A DNA stretch of 64,000 nt from an uncultured Dyadobacter sp. (GCA_965649915.1 CBFGMV010000026.1:14962-78961), one strand, 5' to 3'; counted from the stretch's first letter, positions 1-10,690 are shown. The notes: generated by a model from the sequence alone, not told the origin. A program made the numbers and translations.

Positions 1-1
1 G

Positions 2-1654
2 CATACACCCGAAGCCCGGTTCCTGAAACCTCAAAACTATCTGCTCCCGATGTCCAAATGGCATTTGTATGGTACCTGGGACGACAGGGGACAGCCGGAT
101 GCACGTATCCGGTACGTATGGCTTTTTGCCATTATCGGCTTATTTGTGTTACTGCTGGCCTCGATCAATTTCATGAACCTCAGTACGGCCCGATCCGAGA
201 AGCGGGCGAGGGAAGTGGGTATCCGTAAGGCGATCGGTTCGCTGAGAGCACAGCTGATCAACCAGTTTTTCAGCGAATCTTTTCTGGTCGTGATGCTGGC
301 TTTCTTTTTCGCGATTCTGATCGTGGTTCTTGCATTGCCCTCTTTCAATACAATGGCGGACAAACGGATCGCATTTCCCTGGGGTAATGGCTATTTTTGG
401 CTCGTAGGATGCGTATTCTGCTTCCTGACAGGACTCATATCGGGCAGTTATCCGGCATTGTACCTGTCGTCGTTTCAGCCGGTGAAAGTGCTCAAAGGAA
501 CATTTAATGCGGGCCGGTTTGCAGGTATACCGCGTAAGGTGCTGGTGGTATTGCAGTTTACGGTTTCAGTTACGCTGATCATCGGTACATCCATTGTTTA
601 CAAACAAATTCAACATGCAAAGAACAGGCCCGTTGGCTATGACAGAAGCGGGCTGATTACCGTTGAGATCAATACGCCCGAATTGTACAGCCAGTATAAC
701 CGGATCCGGGGAGCGTTGCTCGAAACCGGAACGGTTATTGAAATGTCAACATCATCGTCCCCGTCGACATTCGTGGGTTCCAATAATGGTGGTTTCAGCT
801 GGCCCGGCAAGGATCCGAATCTGCACGACAATTTTGGTACGATTGCCGTCACTCATGATTTCGGGAAAACGGTGGGCTGGCAGTTCATCGGAGGCCGCGA
901 TTTTTCCCGCCAATTCGCTACCGATTCTTCGGCGATGGTCATCAATGAATCTGCATTGAAATACATGGGTTTCAAGGAGCCGTCGGAAATTATCGATCAG
1001 ACGGTCAAATGGGGAGAGACGCCCCACAGGGTTGTAGGGGTGATCCGCGATATGGTGATGGGCTCGCCGTTCAGCCCGGTACGTCCCACCGTATTCATGG
1101 TCAACTATGGATGGGCGAGTTTTATCAATATCAAACTGAAACCGGGATTGCCGCTGAGGGAGTCGCTGGCGAAAGTAGGGGCCGTTTTCCGGGAGGTGAA
1201 TCCAGGGAGTCCTTTCGATTATAAGTTTACCGACGAACAATATGCATTAAAATTCGCCGCCGAGGAGCGCATTGCTACACTGGCGTCGGTCTTTGCGGCT
1301 TTGGCGATCCTGATTAGCTGCCTGGGGTTATTCGGCCTGGCGTCGTTTACAGCCGAGCAGCGTACCAAGGAAATCGGTGTGCGCAAAGTGCTGGGTGCGT
1401 CGGTCACCAATTTATGGGCCTTGTTGTCCAAAGAATTTGTGATCCTGGTCGTGATTTCTTCTTGCATTGCGGTCCCGCTTGCCTGGTATTTCCTGAATGG
1501 CTGGCTTCAAAAGTATGACTATCGCACCAACATGCCGTGGTGGATCTTCGCTCTCGCGGGTGCCGGGGCCCTGCTGATCACCCTGGCGACGGTCAGTTAC
1601 CAGGCGATACGGGCGGCGTTACTGGATCCGGTGAAATCTTTAAGGTCGGAATAA
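2..1654 (+). CDS. MacB/FtsX-type ABC transporter permease (duplicated architecture), 5'-truncated by window edge
   Basis: Frame is open from position 2. Motifs ASINFMNLSTARSEKRAREVGIRK and AEQRTKEIGVRKVLGAS, C-terminal DPVKSLRSE, two hydrophobic FtsX blocks. Confidence 0.92.
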   Translation, partial: HTPEARFLKPQNYLLPMSKWHLYGTWDDRGQPDARIRYVWLFAIIGLFVLLLASINFMNLSTARSEKRAREVGIRKAIGSLRAQLINQFFSESFLVVMLAFFFAILIVVLALPSFNTMADKRIAFPWGNGYFWLVGCVFCFLTGLISGSYPALYLSSFQPVKVLKGTFNAGRFAGIPRKVLVVLQFTVSVTLIIGTSIVYKQIQHAKNRPVGYDRSGLITVEINTPELYSQYNRIRGALLETGTVIEMSTSSSPSTFVGSNNGGFSWPGKDPNLHDNFGTIAVTHDFGKTVGWQFIGGRDFSRQFATDSSAMVINESALKYMGFKEPSEIIDQTVKWGETPHRVVGVIRDMVMGSPFSPVRPTVFMVNYGWASFINIKLKPGLPLRESLAKVGAVFREVNPGSPFDYKFTDEQYALKFAAEERIATLASVFAALAILISCLGLFGLASFTAEQRTKEIGVRKVLGASVTNLWALLSKEFVILVVISSCIAVPLAWYFLNGWLQKYDYRTNMPWWIFALAGAGALLITLATVSYQAIRAALLDPVKSLRSE

Positions 1655-1656
1655 TC

Positions 1657-4062
1657 ATGCTAAAAAACTACCTGAAAATCGCGTTGCGGACACTTGCCCT
1701 GAGCAAGGTCTATTCGGTGATCAACATTACCGGGCTGAGCATTGGGCTGGCGGCGGCTATGTTGATCATGCTCTATACCAAAGATGAGGTCAGCTATGAC
1801 AGCTTTCATGCCAATAATCCGAACATTTACCGGGTCACTTTCAAATCGGTGACGCCGGCAGGCGTGCTGGAAAATAACAGCGGCATCACGGGTTACCTTC
1901 CGGGACCGAAGTTTTCGGCGGGTACGCCCGAAATCGAGGCATTTACACGTTACCGGCAGCATAGGAACGATATAAAGCTGGGCGACCAGGTGACCAGCCA
2001 GGATGTGTACCAGGCCGATCGTGACTTTTTCAGGATATTCTCTTTCCCCTTGCTGAGCGGTAACCCGCTTACGGCGCTGTCGCAGCCGCGTTCGGTCGTC
2101 ATTTCGGAGGAAATGGCGGAGAAACATTTCGGTACCGCCAATGCACTGGGCAAGACATTGCTTTTCAAGGATTCGTACGATGAAAATGCGGCTTTCGAAC
2201 CTTTTGTAGTGACCGGTGTGGCGGCAAAATGTCCCCAGAATTCCTCCATTCAATTCGATATTTTGCAACCATTACCCATCCCGGAGTCGCAAATGCGGGG
2301 AGAGGCGTGGTTCAGCAGCTCGCTCAATACTTTCGTAAAACTGACTCCCGGTGCGAATATCAAGGCCGTGAATGCGACCATGAACCGCATTTACCAGTCC
2401 GACGCCCGTGACGCAATGAAGGCCGTTGCGGAAAAATTTGGACTTAAAAACAAACGGTATTATGCATTGCAGCCGTTTACCGCTATCCATTTAGACGCAC
2501 AACTGGCAGCAGAAAACGGTCTCGTAAACGGCAGCAGGCCCTTATTCTCTTATGTGCTTTCAGGTATTGCATTATTCATCCTGCTCATCGCTTGTATCAA
2601 TTTCGTGAATCTGACCGTCGCGCGTTCGCTGAAACGTGCCAAGGAAATCGGCGTACGGAAAGTGGTTGGCGGTGGTAGGTTTCAGCTTGCGGCGCAGTTT
2701 CTGGGCGAGTCGTTTGTATTGTGTTTTGCAGCATTTACACTGGCTCTCCTGCTGGTAGAATCTGTTTTACCCACATTTAATGACCTTGCCAACAAAGCAC
2801 TGGCACTTTCCTATCTTTTCGACTGGCAACTCATCGCGGGTTATATCCTGCTATTTGTGCTCACCGCATTGCTTGCTGGCTTTTACCCGGCCGTAGTTCT
2901 TTCCGGCTATGATCCGGTGAAGACGCTTTACAGCCGGTTCAATTTCTCAGGAGGGAATTATCTGCAAAAGACATTGGTGGTAGTGCAGTTTGCGCTCGCA
3001 TCTTTCCTGATCATCGTCACGCTGACCATGCGTTCCCAATTCAACTTCCTGACCGATATGGAGCTGGGTTATGACGATCGGAACCTGATCAGCATCGAAA
3101 AACAGAACCTGACACGCCAGGAAGCACGGTTACTGACCGATGAATTATTGAAAAACCCGTCCATTACCGCCGTTACACCCAAAAATGGCGGCCAGTGGGG
3201 CACGATAGCGAAGGTCAATGAGGGAGCAGAAGTGGATTTCTCTTATGAAACGGTTGGTTCTAATTATCTGTCGGTGCTGAAAATACCTTTGGTACAAGGC
3301 AGAGAACTGTCGGGAACGCTTGCTTCGGATTCAACTAAAGCGATATTGGTGAATGAAGCATTTGTCAGAAAAGCAGGCTGGCGGAAGCCGCTCGGGCAAG
3401 AGGTGGATTTCTGGTATAGTCCCGGCGAGAAATACACGGTGGTGGGTGTTGTGAAAGATTACCATTTCCAGTCGCTCACTGCCAGCATCCGGCCTCAGCT
3501 TTTTACGATGAAGCCGGGCAATCCATTCGGGAAAGTATTTATCCGCGTCAAGGCCGGTACAGCATCGGCTAGCCTCGCACACATTGGGAAAACATTCAGG
3601 AAGCTCTTCCCGCTGGCACCATACAGCTACAAGTTCATCGACGAGGAGAATCTCAAAAGCTATGAATCGGAAGCAAAATGGAAGCAGATCATGCTTTTTG
3701 GAGCAGTGCTGACCATCTTCATTTCCTGCATCGGTTTGTTTGGCCTGGCCACGCTGGCGGCCGAGCGCCGCATGAAGGAAATCGGGATTCGTAAAGTGCT
3801 TGGTGCCTCTATCGCAGGCATTGTGGCATTGCTTTCAACAGATTTTGTCAAACTTGTGGCCGTATCCTTCGCGCTATCGTTTCCCGCGGCGTATTATGCC
3901 ATGCAAAAATGGCTCGAAAATTACCCGTACAAAGTTGAAATCAGCGCCTGGATATTCCTTTCGGCGTCCGGACTATCGCTGCTCATTGCTTTGTTTACAG
4001 TGATTTTTCAGTCGGTAAGGACGGCTTTGATGAATCCTGTTAAGTCATTAAGGAGGGAGTAG
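1657..4062 (+). CDS. MacB/FtsX-type ABC permease, 801 aa
   Basis: ATG at 1657 gives MLKNYLKIALR, matching the paralog N-termini, 2 nt after the previous stop. ACINFVNL..RAKEIGVRK motif; C-terminal NPVKSLRRE. Confidence 0.93.
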   Translation: MLKNYLKIALRTLALSKVYSVINITGLSIGLAAAMLIMLYTKDEVSYDSFHANNPNIYRVTFKSVTPAGVLENNSGITGYLPGPKFSAGTPEIEAFTRYRQHRNDIKLGDQVTSQDVYQADRDFFRIFSFPLLSGNPLTALSQPRSVVISEEMAEKHFGTANALGKTLLFKDSYDENAAFEPFVVTGVAAKCPQNSSIQFDILQPLPIPESQMRGEAWFSSSLNTFVKLTPGANIKAVNATMNRIYQSDARDAMKAVAEKFGLKNKRYYALQPFTAIHLDAQLAAENGLVNGSRPLFSYVLSGIALFILLIACINFVNLTVARSLKRAKEIGVRKVVGGGRFQLAAQFLGESFVLCFAAFTLALLLVESVLPTFNDLANKALALSYLFDWQLIAGYILLFVLTALLAGFYPAVVLSGYDPVKTLYSRFNFSGGNYLQKTLVVVQFALASFLIIVTLTMRSQFNFLTDMELGYDDRNLISIEKQNLTRQEARLLTDELLKNPSITAVTPKNGGQWGTIAKVNEGAEVDFSYETVGSNYLSVLKIPLVQGRELSGTLASDSTKAILVNEAFVRKAGWRKPLGQEVDFWYSPGEKYTVVGVVKDYHFQSLTASIRPQLFTMKPGNPFGKVFIRVKAGTASASLAHIGKTFRKLFPLAPYSYKFIDEENLKSYESEAKWKQIMLFGAVLTIFISCIGLFGLATLAAERRMKEIGIRKVLGASIAGIVALLSTDFVKLVAVSFALSFPAAYYAMQKWLENYPYKVEISAWIFLSASGLSLLIALFTVIFQSVRTALMNPVKSLRRE

Positions 4063-4095
4063 GGCGAAAAGAATTTCTTCCCAAAAAATAGAACT

Positions 4096-6510
4096 ATGCT
4101 AAAAAACTATCTGAAAATCGCTTTTCGTAATCTCTTGAAAAACAAGGGTTACACGGCTATTAATGTCTTCGGGCTGGCGCTGGGGCTGGCTACTTGCTTG
4201 CTGATCGTGCTGTACATCTCCGATGAATTGAGTGTTGATCAGCATCATCGGTCGGCCGACCGGCTTTTCCGCATTGCCATGGAAGTCCCGAACGAGAAAT
4301 GGGCCGGAACGCCCGGGCCGTTCGCGGCAGGTCTTAAAACCGATTTCCCCGAAGTGCAATCGGTGGCGCGTTTGCTCAAATTTTCAGGTGTTGACCGTAT
4401 GCTCCTGGAAAGCAGAGACGGTAGCAAAGTCACACCATTTTATGAGACTAATTGCTACTATGCCGATTCGACATTGTTCGAGGTTTTTACCTATGATTTT
4501 AAATACGGGAATGCACGCAATGCGCTGAACCGGCCCAATACTTTGGTGCTTTCCGAGGATGTCGCCGATAAACTATTCGGAGATGCCGATCCGGTAGGTA
4601 AAGTGATCCGGGTAGGGCTCACATTCGGTGACTTTGACTATACCGTAACGGGTGTTTACCGGAACCAGCAATCACATATCAATGCCCACGTCTTTTTATC
4701 AATGCAAAACGGAGATATGGGCGGCTGGGTCGTGAGTCAGAATAACTGGGCGATGAATAATATTTTTCACACGTACGTCAAGCTGCGAGATGGTGCCGAT
4801 CCGGTGGCATTCGAATCGAAACTGACCCCGTTCCTGAACCGTCACGGCGCCGCGGACCTGAAAGCACTGGGCGTTTCGAAAAAGCTGTTCATCCAACCCG
4901 TAACCGGCATTTACCTGACATCCGGCATCGGCAACGAAATTGCTCCGAATGGCAGCATGACTTACCTCTATATCTTCGGTTCCATCGCGGTATTCCTGCT
5001 GCTTATTGCCTGCATCAACTTTATGAACCTGAGCACTGCCCGATCCGAAAAGCGGGCCAAGGAAGTGGGTGTGCGGAAAGTAATGGGTGCGGTCAGGCAG
5101 TCGCTCGTTTATCAGTTCCTGGGCGAGTCGATGATGCTGGCCATAATGGCCCTGGCGGCCGCGGTACTGATTGTAAACCTGCTTTTGCCTTATTTTAATA
5201 ATCTGACCGGCAAACGCCTGGATATGGTTGCCCATCCGGCTTTTCTGTATTGGATGGCGGGGATTACGCTCTTCACCGGGCTTGTTGCCGGGCTTTATCC
5301 CGCCTTCTATCTGTCGTCATTTAAACCCGTGAGCGTGCTTAAGGGCAGGCTCGTGAACGTAGCTTCGGCTGTATTGTTACGGAAAGGACTCGTGGTATTC
5401 CAGTTTACGGTGTCCATTATCCTGATTCTCGGAGCTATTGTGATCGGCCAGCAATTGTCTTTTCTGCAAACCCGGAACCTGGGTTTCGACAAGGAGCAAA
5501 AACTTGTAGTGCCATTCAGGAACCCAAAGGCAGTGTCTAATTATAACGCGTTCCGGGAAGAAATGCTGCGGATCGCGGGTGTGGAGACGGCTACAAGCGG
5601 ATCGGTTTACCCGGGTATTGAAAATATCGAAGACCTGCTTATCTACGCGGAAAATAAGACCATCCACGATGCAGTCGATACTCATTTTGCGACTGTTGGG
5701 GATGATTACATTGAAACACTGGGCCTGAAAATGGCTGCGGGCCGATCTTTTACCAAGGGATTCAGCGGAGATTCAAGCAGTATTATTTTGAACGAAACGG
5801 CCGTTCGAGGGCTGGGCTACGATGTGGCTTCGGTGGTGGGGAAAAATGTATTTTTCGAGCTGGGTGGCCAGCGCCGAAACCTGCGAGTGGTAGGTGTTGT
5901 CAAAGATTTCAATTTCCGGAGCTTGCACGAGGCCATTAAACCTTATGCGCTTACTACGAGTATCACCGACAAGTACCAGTATTTGATTGCCAATGTCAAA
6001 ACACAAGACTACACCCGGGTACTGGCTTCGGCCAGCACGGCTTGGAGGAAACTGAACCCTGATATCCCATTCTCCTACTCATTCCTTGACCAGGACTTTC
6101 AAAAAAACTATGAAAAGGAACGGCGCACGGGCAGTATTGTGCTGTATTTCACTTGCATTGCGGTTGTGATCGCCTGTCTTGGTCTTTTCGGCCTGGCTGC
6201 TTTCTCTGCAGAACGGCGGACAAAGGAAATAGGTATCAGAAAAGTACTTGGCGCATCGGCAGGCAGTATCGTGGGCATGCTTTCGGGCGAGTTCCTTGTG
6301 CTGGTGTGCGTTGCGCTGGTGATTGCCACACCCATTGCGTGGGCAGGTATGCGGCAGTGGTTGCAGGGATTTGCTTATCAGGTGGGGGTTCAATGGTGGA
6401 TTTTCCCGGTAACCGGCCTGTTTGCGGTCGGTATTGCATTGCTTACCGTCGGCTTCCAAAGCGGGAAGGCGGCTATGATGAATCCCGTGAAATCGTTGCG
6501 GGGCGAATAG
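4096..6510 (+). CDS. MacB/FtsX-type ABC permease, 804 aa
   Basis: MLKNYLKIAFR start, ACINFMNLSTARSEKRAKEVGVRK, ERRTKEIGIRKVLGAS, NPVKSLRGE. Confidence 0.93.
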   Translation: MLKNYLKIAFRNLLKNKGYTAINVFGLALGLATCLLIVLYISDELSVDQHHRSADRLFRIAMEVPNEKWAGTPGPFAAGLKTDFPEVQSVARLLKFSGVDRMLLESRDGSKVTPFYETNCYYADSTLFEVFTYDFKYGNARNALNRPNTLVLSEDVADKLFGDADPVGKVIRVGLTFGDFDYTVTGVYRNQQSHINAHVFLSMQNGDMGGWVVSQNNWAMNNIFHTYVKLRDGADPVAFESKLTPFLNRHGAADLKALGVSKKLFIQPVTGIYLTSGIGNEIAPNGSMTYLYIFGSIAVFLLLIACINFMNLSTARSEKRAKEVGVRKVMGAVRQSLVYQFLGESMMLAIMALAAAVLIVNLLLPYFNNLTGKRLDMVAHPAFLYWMAGITLFTGLVAGLYPAFYLSSFKPVSVLKGRLVNVASAVLLRKGLVVFQFTVSIILILGAIVIGQQLSFLQTRNLGFDKEQKLVVPFRNPKAVSNYNAFREEMLRIAGVETATSGSVYPGIENIEDLLIYAENKTIHDAVDTHFATVGDDYIETLGLKMAAGRSFTKGFSGDSSSIILNETAVRGLGYDVASVVGKNVFFELGGQRRNLRVVGVVKDFNFRSLHEAIKPYALTTSITDKYQYLIANVKTQDYTRVLASASTAWRKLNPDIPFSYSFLDQDFQKNYEKERRTGSIVLYFTCIAVVIACLGLFGLAAFSAERRTKEIGIRKVLGASAGSIVGMLSGEFLVLVCVALVIATPIAWAGMRQWLQGFAYQVGVQWWIFPVTGLFAVGIALLTVGFQSGKAAMMNPVKSLRGE

Positions 6511-6561
6511 AGGGATGCCGCCCCAAAGGCCACATTACTTAATTGTCAAACTCTTACCACC

Positions 6562-8931
6562 ATGCTCAGAAACTACATTAAAATAGCGCTTCGAAACTTG
6601 TCGATAAACAAAGCCTATTCTGCTATCAATATCCTGGGATTAGCGATGGGAATGGCTGTGGCGCTGCTGATCGGCCTTTGGGTGCGGTATGAATGGAGCT
6701 TTGATGATTTTCATGAAAACCGGGCGAACATTGCCAGGGTTATGAAAAAGACGTATTTCAATAACCAGAAAGGCACGCAGAACGGCGTAATGCTTCCGCT
6801 GGCAGCCGAGCTGCGGGCACATTTTCCCGAGGTGAAACATGTTACCCGGGTAGATTGGGGTGATAAGCACAGTCTTGTGGCAGGTGAGCAAAAACTAAGT
6901 AAAAAAGGATATTACGCAGATACTGATTTCTTAAAAATATTCACCTTCCCGCTTATCAAAGGCAATGTGGAGCAGGTTTTGAAAAACCCGTATTCCATAG
7001 TACTGACCGAGTCGCTGGCCAAGGCAATGTTCAGGAATGCGGAGCCGGTAGGGAAGCTGATCAAAATAGACAATCAGTTCGAAGTGATGGTGACGGGGGT
7101 ATTAGAGGATGTTCCAAAGAATTCATCATTGGAATTCGACTACCTGATGCCTTATGAGCTGAATATTGCTACGTCGGACTTTGTGCGCGGCGCACTGGAT
7201 GAATGGGGGAACAACTTTCTTCAAACTTATGTGCAGCTGAATGAGGGTGTGACACCCGAAGCGTTTTCAAAGCGGATCGCGAACCTGGTGCGGCAGAAGA
7301 CGAATGCCGAGGGTGAAGGCCTGCTTTTTGTCCATCCAATGCTGAAATGGCATTTATTCGGTGAATTCAAAGACTGGGTCAATACCGGAGGAGCGATCGA
7401 ATATGTGCGGCTTTTTGCGGTGATCGGAATGCTCGTGCTGCTGATCGCCTGCATCAACTTTATGAATCTCAGCACAGCACGTTCGGAAAAGCGGGCCCGC
7501 GAAGTGGGGATCCGCAAGGCGGTCGGCTCACAGCGGCAGCAGCTCATCGCGCAGTTTCTGACGGAATCGATGCTGACGGCGTTGCTGGGTTTCGTACTTG
7601 CGCTGGTGATCGTAGAATTTGCATTGCCTTATCTCAAAAATGTTGGATTTGAGCATATTACTTTCAGCCTGAACGATGCGCCGTTAATGGCCGTGGCTTT
7701 TACGGGCTGTATTATTACGGGCTTGCTGGCAGGCAGTTATCCGGCATTATACCTCTCGGGGTTTATGCCTGTGAAGGTTTTGAAAGGTACATTTCAGGTG
7801 GGAAAAGCTGCCAATTTGCCGAGAAAGATACTGGTTGTCACCCAGTTCACATTTTCGATCGCGCTGATCATCGGCACGGTGATCGTTTTCCAGCAAATCC
7901 AGCACGCGAAGAGCCGGCCAATGGGTTATAATCCCGAAAAGCTGATCTGGCTAAGCCTTTCCAGCGACCTGCAAAAGAATTTTGTGCCGATGAAAACAGA
8001 GCTGATGGGCAGCGGATACATCGAAGCGGTAAGCAGGACGTCGAGCCCTATGACAGGCGTTTACAATCAATGGAATGCGTTTTCATGGCCGGGAATGGAT
8101 CCCAAAAGCCAGCCGCTGTTTTCCGCGCTGATGGTCGATCCTGCGTATTTTAAAGCTGCCGGGCTCAAACTGAAAGAGGGTAGGTTTTTTGCAGAAAAAT
8201 TGCTTTCCGATAGCAATGCGGTGGTTCTTAACGAGGCATCGGTGAAGCTGATGGGTTTTAAAAATCCGGTAGGCAGCCATATCAGATTCGGGGATGATGA
8301 TATGACGGTAATAGGGGTTACCAAAAATGTGATCCAACAAAATCCTTACGACGAAGTACAGCCCGCTGTAATGCTCATGCGCCCGGATTTTACGTTTCAG
8401 AGCCTGATCCGTTTCAAAAGCGGGGTCGACCTGAAAAAAGGGCTCGCGGCGATCCAACCGGTGATCGAGAAGTACAATCCGTCGTACCCGTTCGAGTACC
8501 GTTTTGTGGATGATGAATATGGCCAGAAATTTCGCAGTGAGGATCAGATCGGCCAGTTGGCGGGCATTTTCGCAGTGTTGGCGATCCTGATCAGTTGTCT
8601 CGGACTATTCGGACTGGCTTCGTTCATGGCCGAGCGGCGGACGAAAGAGATTGGTGTCCGAAAAGTGCTGGGTGCGTCGGTGGCCCAGTTGTGGCTGCTG
8701 CTTTCCAGGGATTTTATACTGCTCGTGTTACTCAGTTGCGTAATTGCGTCGCCTATGGCCTATTACTTTCTGGAAGAGTGGCTGCAAAAGTATAAATATC
8801 ATATTGCGGTCAGCCCGTGGGTGTTTGCAGGCGCGGGCATTACGGCAGTGATAGTGACCTTGCTGACGATCAGTTTTCAGAGTATAAAAGCGGCAATGAT
8901 GAATCCGGTTGACAGTTTGAGAACAGATTAG
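6562..8931 (+). CDS. MacB/FtsX-type ABC permease, 789 aa
   Basis: MLRNYIKIALR start, the same conserved motifs, NPVDSLRTD. Confidence 0.93.
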   Translation: MLRNYIKIALRNLSINKAYSAINILGLAMGMAVALLIGLWVRYEWSFDDFHENRANIARVMKKTYFNNQKGTQNGVMLPLAAELRAHFPEVKHVTRVDWGDKHSLVAGEQKLSKKGYYADTDFLKIFTFPLIKGNVEQVLKNPYSIVLTESLAKAMFRNAEPVGKLIKIDNQFEVMVTGVLEDVPKNSSLEFDYLMPYELNIATSDFVRGALDEWGNNFLQTYVQLNEGVTPEAFSKRIANLVRQKTNAEGEGLLFVHPMLKWHLFGEFKDWVNTGGAIEYVRLFAVIGMLVLLIACINFMNLSTARSEKRAREVGIRKAVGSQRQQLIAQFLTESMLTALLGFVLALVIVEFALPYLKNVGFEHITFSLNDAPLMAVAFTGCIITGLLAGSYPALYLSGFMPVKVLKGTFQVGKAANLPRKILVVTQFTFSIALIIGTVIVFQQIQHAKSRPMGYNPEKLIWLSLSSDLQKNFVPMKTELMGSGYIEAVSRTSSPMTGVYNQWNAFSWPGMDPKSQPLFSALMVDPAYFKAAGLKLKEGRFFAEKLLSDSNAVVLNEASVKLMGFKNPVGSHIRFGDDDMTVIGVTKNVIQQNPYDEVQPAVMLMRPDFTFQSLIRFKSGVDLKKGLAAIQPVIEKYNPSYPFEYRFVDDEYGQKFRSEDQIGQLAGIFAVLAILISCLGLFGLASFMAERRTKEIGVRKVLGASVAQLWLLLSRDFILLVLLSCVIASPMAYYFLEEWLQKYKYHIAVSPWVFAGAGITAVIVTLLTISFQSIKAAMMNPVDSLRTD

Positions 8932-8993
8932 TCAGGCTCGTCGCTTTCTTCCTTTTCATTCTTTCCTCCCCTTTAATTAATCTTTCGTTAAAG

Positions 8994-10553
8994 GTGACCA
9001 TCCATACAAGGATATTGTGCTCTGTGTCTTTATCTTGCGGGGGAATCCTTTATGCAGCTGTGATACGCCTGATCAGAACCATTACGATCCTTTTTCTTGC
9101 CTTTTTTTTGCCACGAACGCTGTGGGCTCAGAAACGGGCGTCCCTGGCTGGATTGCAGGGCAATGCAGAAGCAGGTGCCTATGTATCTTCCAATGAAGAA
9201 ACGCCTTTCTGGTTCAGAACCAATCAGTTCGGGGCCGTACCCGACCATGCTGCGGCCGGAGTGATCCAGGCAACCGTTCGCAAGAATTATGTTTTTTACG
9301 ACAGCCTGAGTGGGAGATCCCGAAAATTCGACTGGAGCGCGGGCGTCAGCCCGGTCGGGACATACGACAAGACCGACCGTTTTCAATTCATTTTGCCTGA
9401 GGCGCATGCAAGTATCCGTTTCAAAAGAACGGAGTTGTATGTCGGGAGAAGAAAGGAGGTAATGGGGCTTGGAGATACGACATTGTCTTCCGGTTTTTAC
9501 GCCGTGTCGGGAAATTCACTGCCGATACCCAAGATTCAGATCGGCACCGTCGGGTTTACGCCTTTGAAGTTCACGGGGAATTTTCTGGCCGTTCACGCAG
9601 GGTTTGCGCATGGCTGGTTCAATACCGACTATATTCAGGGTGTGCGCCTGCATCAGAAATTCCTGTATTTCCGGTTAGGGAAAAATAAGAATAAGTTTTA
9701 TTTCGGTTTGAACCACAATGTAATGTGGGCAGGGCATGCCGACTACCTCAAAGATCATCCCGAACTGGCCGTCGACGGTGAATTGCCTTCTTCCTGGAAG
9801 TTCTACCCGAATGTGGTACTTGCATTTACTTCCAAAAACTGGTTTGACAAAAACGGGTACGGAGCATTTGACAGTTACCGGCTCGGCAACCATCTGGGCA
9901 GTTATGATTTTGCATTCGAAACAAAATGGAATGGGTACAAGCTCTTTGTTTATCATCAGCACCCGTTCGAGGATGTGTCGAGTATGCTGTTCAAAAATAT
10001 CCCCGACGGGCTGTACGGCGTCAACCTGAAATTGCAGCAGGGCAACCAATATCAGGGCTTTACACTCACCCATCTTACACTGGAATTCCTGACCACCAAA
10101 GACCAGTCGGGCTCGGAGTTCTACATCCCAGGCAGCAAATACCAGGGGGCAGACAATTATTTCAACCATACCCAATACCAGGAAGGGTGGTCGTACCAGG
10201 GCAAAACCGTGGGCACCCCGTTCATCATTCCGGGTAAGGATATGGATCCGGTCAAGCTCGGAGGCAACTACCGGTTTTTTCCCAACAACCGTGTGAATAT
10301 GTGGTATGCGGGAGCGCAAGGCCGCTTTAACTCATCGCTTCTGATGACGCTGAGGCTTTCTTACAGCACAAACTTCGGGACACCCGGTGCCGATTTCGAT
10401 CCGGCAAGAGGGCAATTCTCGTCGGTGCTGGGTGCACAGTACTTCCTGCCCCGTCAAAAGAAACTCAGCATTATCGCAAAGGTGGCAGCCGATCAGGGCG
10501 ACGTGTTCCGGGACAGGACCGGGGGGTACCTGGGCATCCGGAAGGAATGGTAA
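8994..10553 (+). CDS. Capsule assembly Wzi-family outer-membrane beta-barrel protein (start uncertain, possibly GTG near 9060)
   Basis: Signal peptide ending LWAQ. PFWFRTNQFG, SGNSLPIPKIQ, LHQKFLY, GNHLGS and DNYFNH..Y..GW.Y.G...GTP segments typical of Bacteroidota Wzi proteins; C-terminal aromatic W. Confidence 0.75.
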   Translation: MTIHTRILCSVSLSCGGILYAAVIRLIRTITILFLAFFLPRTLWAQKRASLAGLQGNAEAGAYVSSNEETPFWFRTNQFGAVPDHAAAGVIQATVRKNYVFYDSLSGRSRKFDWSAGVSPVGTYDKTDRFQFILPEAHASIRFKRTELYVGRRKEVMGLGDTTLSSGFYAVSGNSLPIPKIQIGTVGFTPLKFTGNFLAVHAGFAHGWFNTDYIQGVRLHQKFLYFRLGKNKNKFYFGLNHNVMWAGHADYLKDHPELAVDGELPSSWKFYPNVVLAFTSKNWFDKNGYGAFDSYRLGNHLGSYDFAFETKWNGYKLFVYHQHPFEDVSSMLFKNIPDGLYGVNLKLQQGNQYQGFTLTHLTLEFLTTKDQSGSEFYIPGSKYQGADNYFNHTQYQEGWSYQGKTVGTPFIIPGKDMDPVKLGGNYRFFPNNRVNMWYAGAQGRFNSSLLMTLRLSYSTNFGTPGADFDPARGQFSSVLGAQYFLPRQKKLSIIAKVAADQGDVFRDRTGGYLGIRKEW

Positions 10554-10583
10554 TGCGCAGGCAGGTAGTGATATCATGACGGT

Positions 10584-10690
10584 TGTCCAGCCGTGAACAG
10601 GATTGTTCATTTTCGGACGTTTTACATCCATTTCTCTTGTTTAAAAGGTTGATTATTAAACGATTGCTTTGCTTGGCATAACTTTATTGC
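10584..10690 (+). promoter_or_regulatory. Candidate sigma54-type promoter: paired palindromic activator sites + IHF-like site + -24 element
   Basis: TGTCCA-N4-TGAACA (10584-10599), TGTTCA-N4-CGGACG (10604-10619), WATCAANNNNTTR match on minus (10642-10654), TTGGCATAACTTTATTGC (10673-10690). The -12 GC is 2 nt off canonical spacing. Confidence 0.5.

Noticed and set aside
1537-1656. 40-aa N-terminal extension of the second permease in the ORF track
   Set aside because: It overlaps the previous gene in another frame; ATG 1657 gives the conserved MLKNY start.
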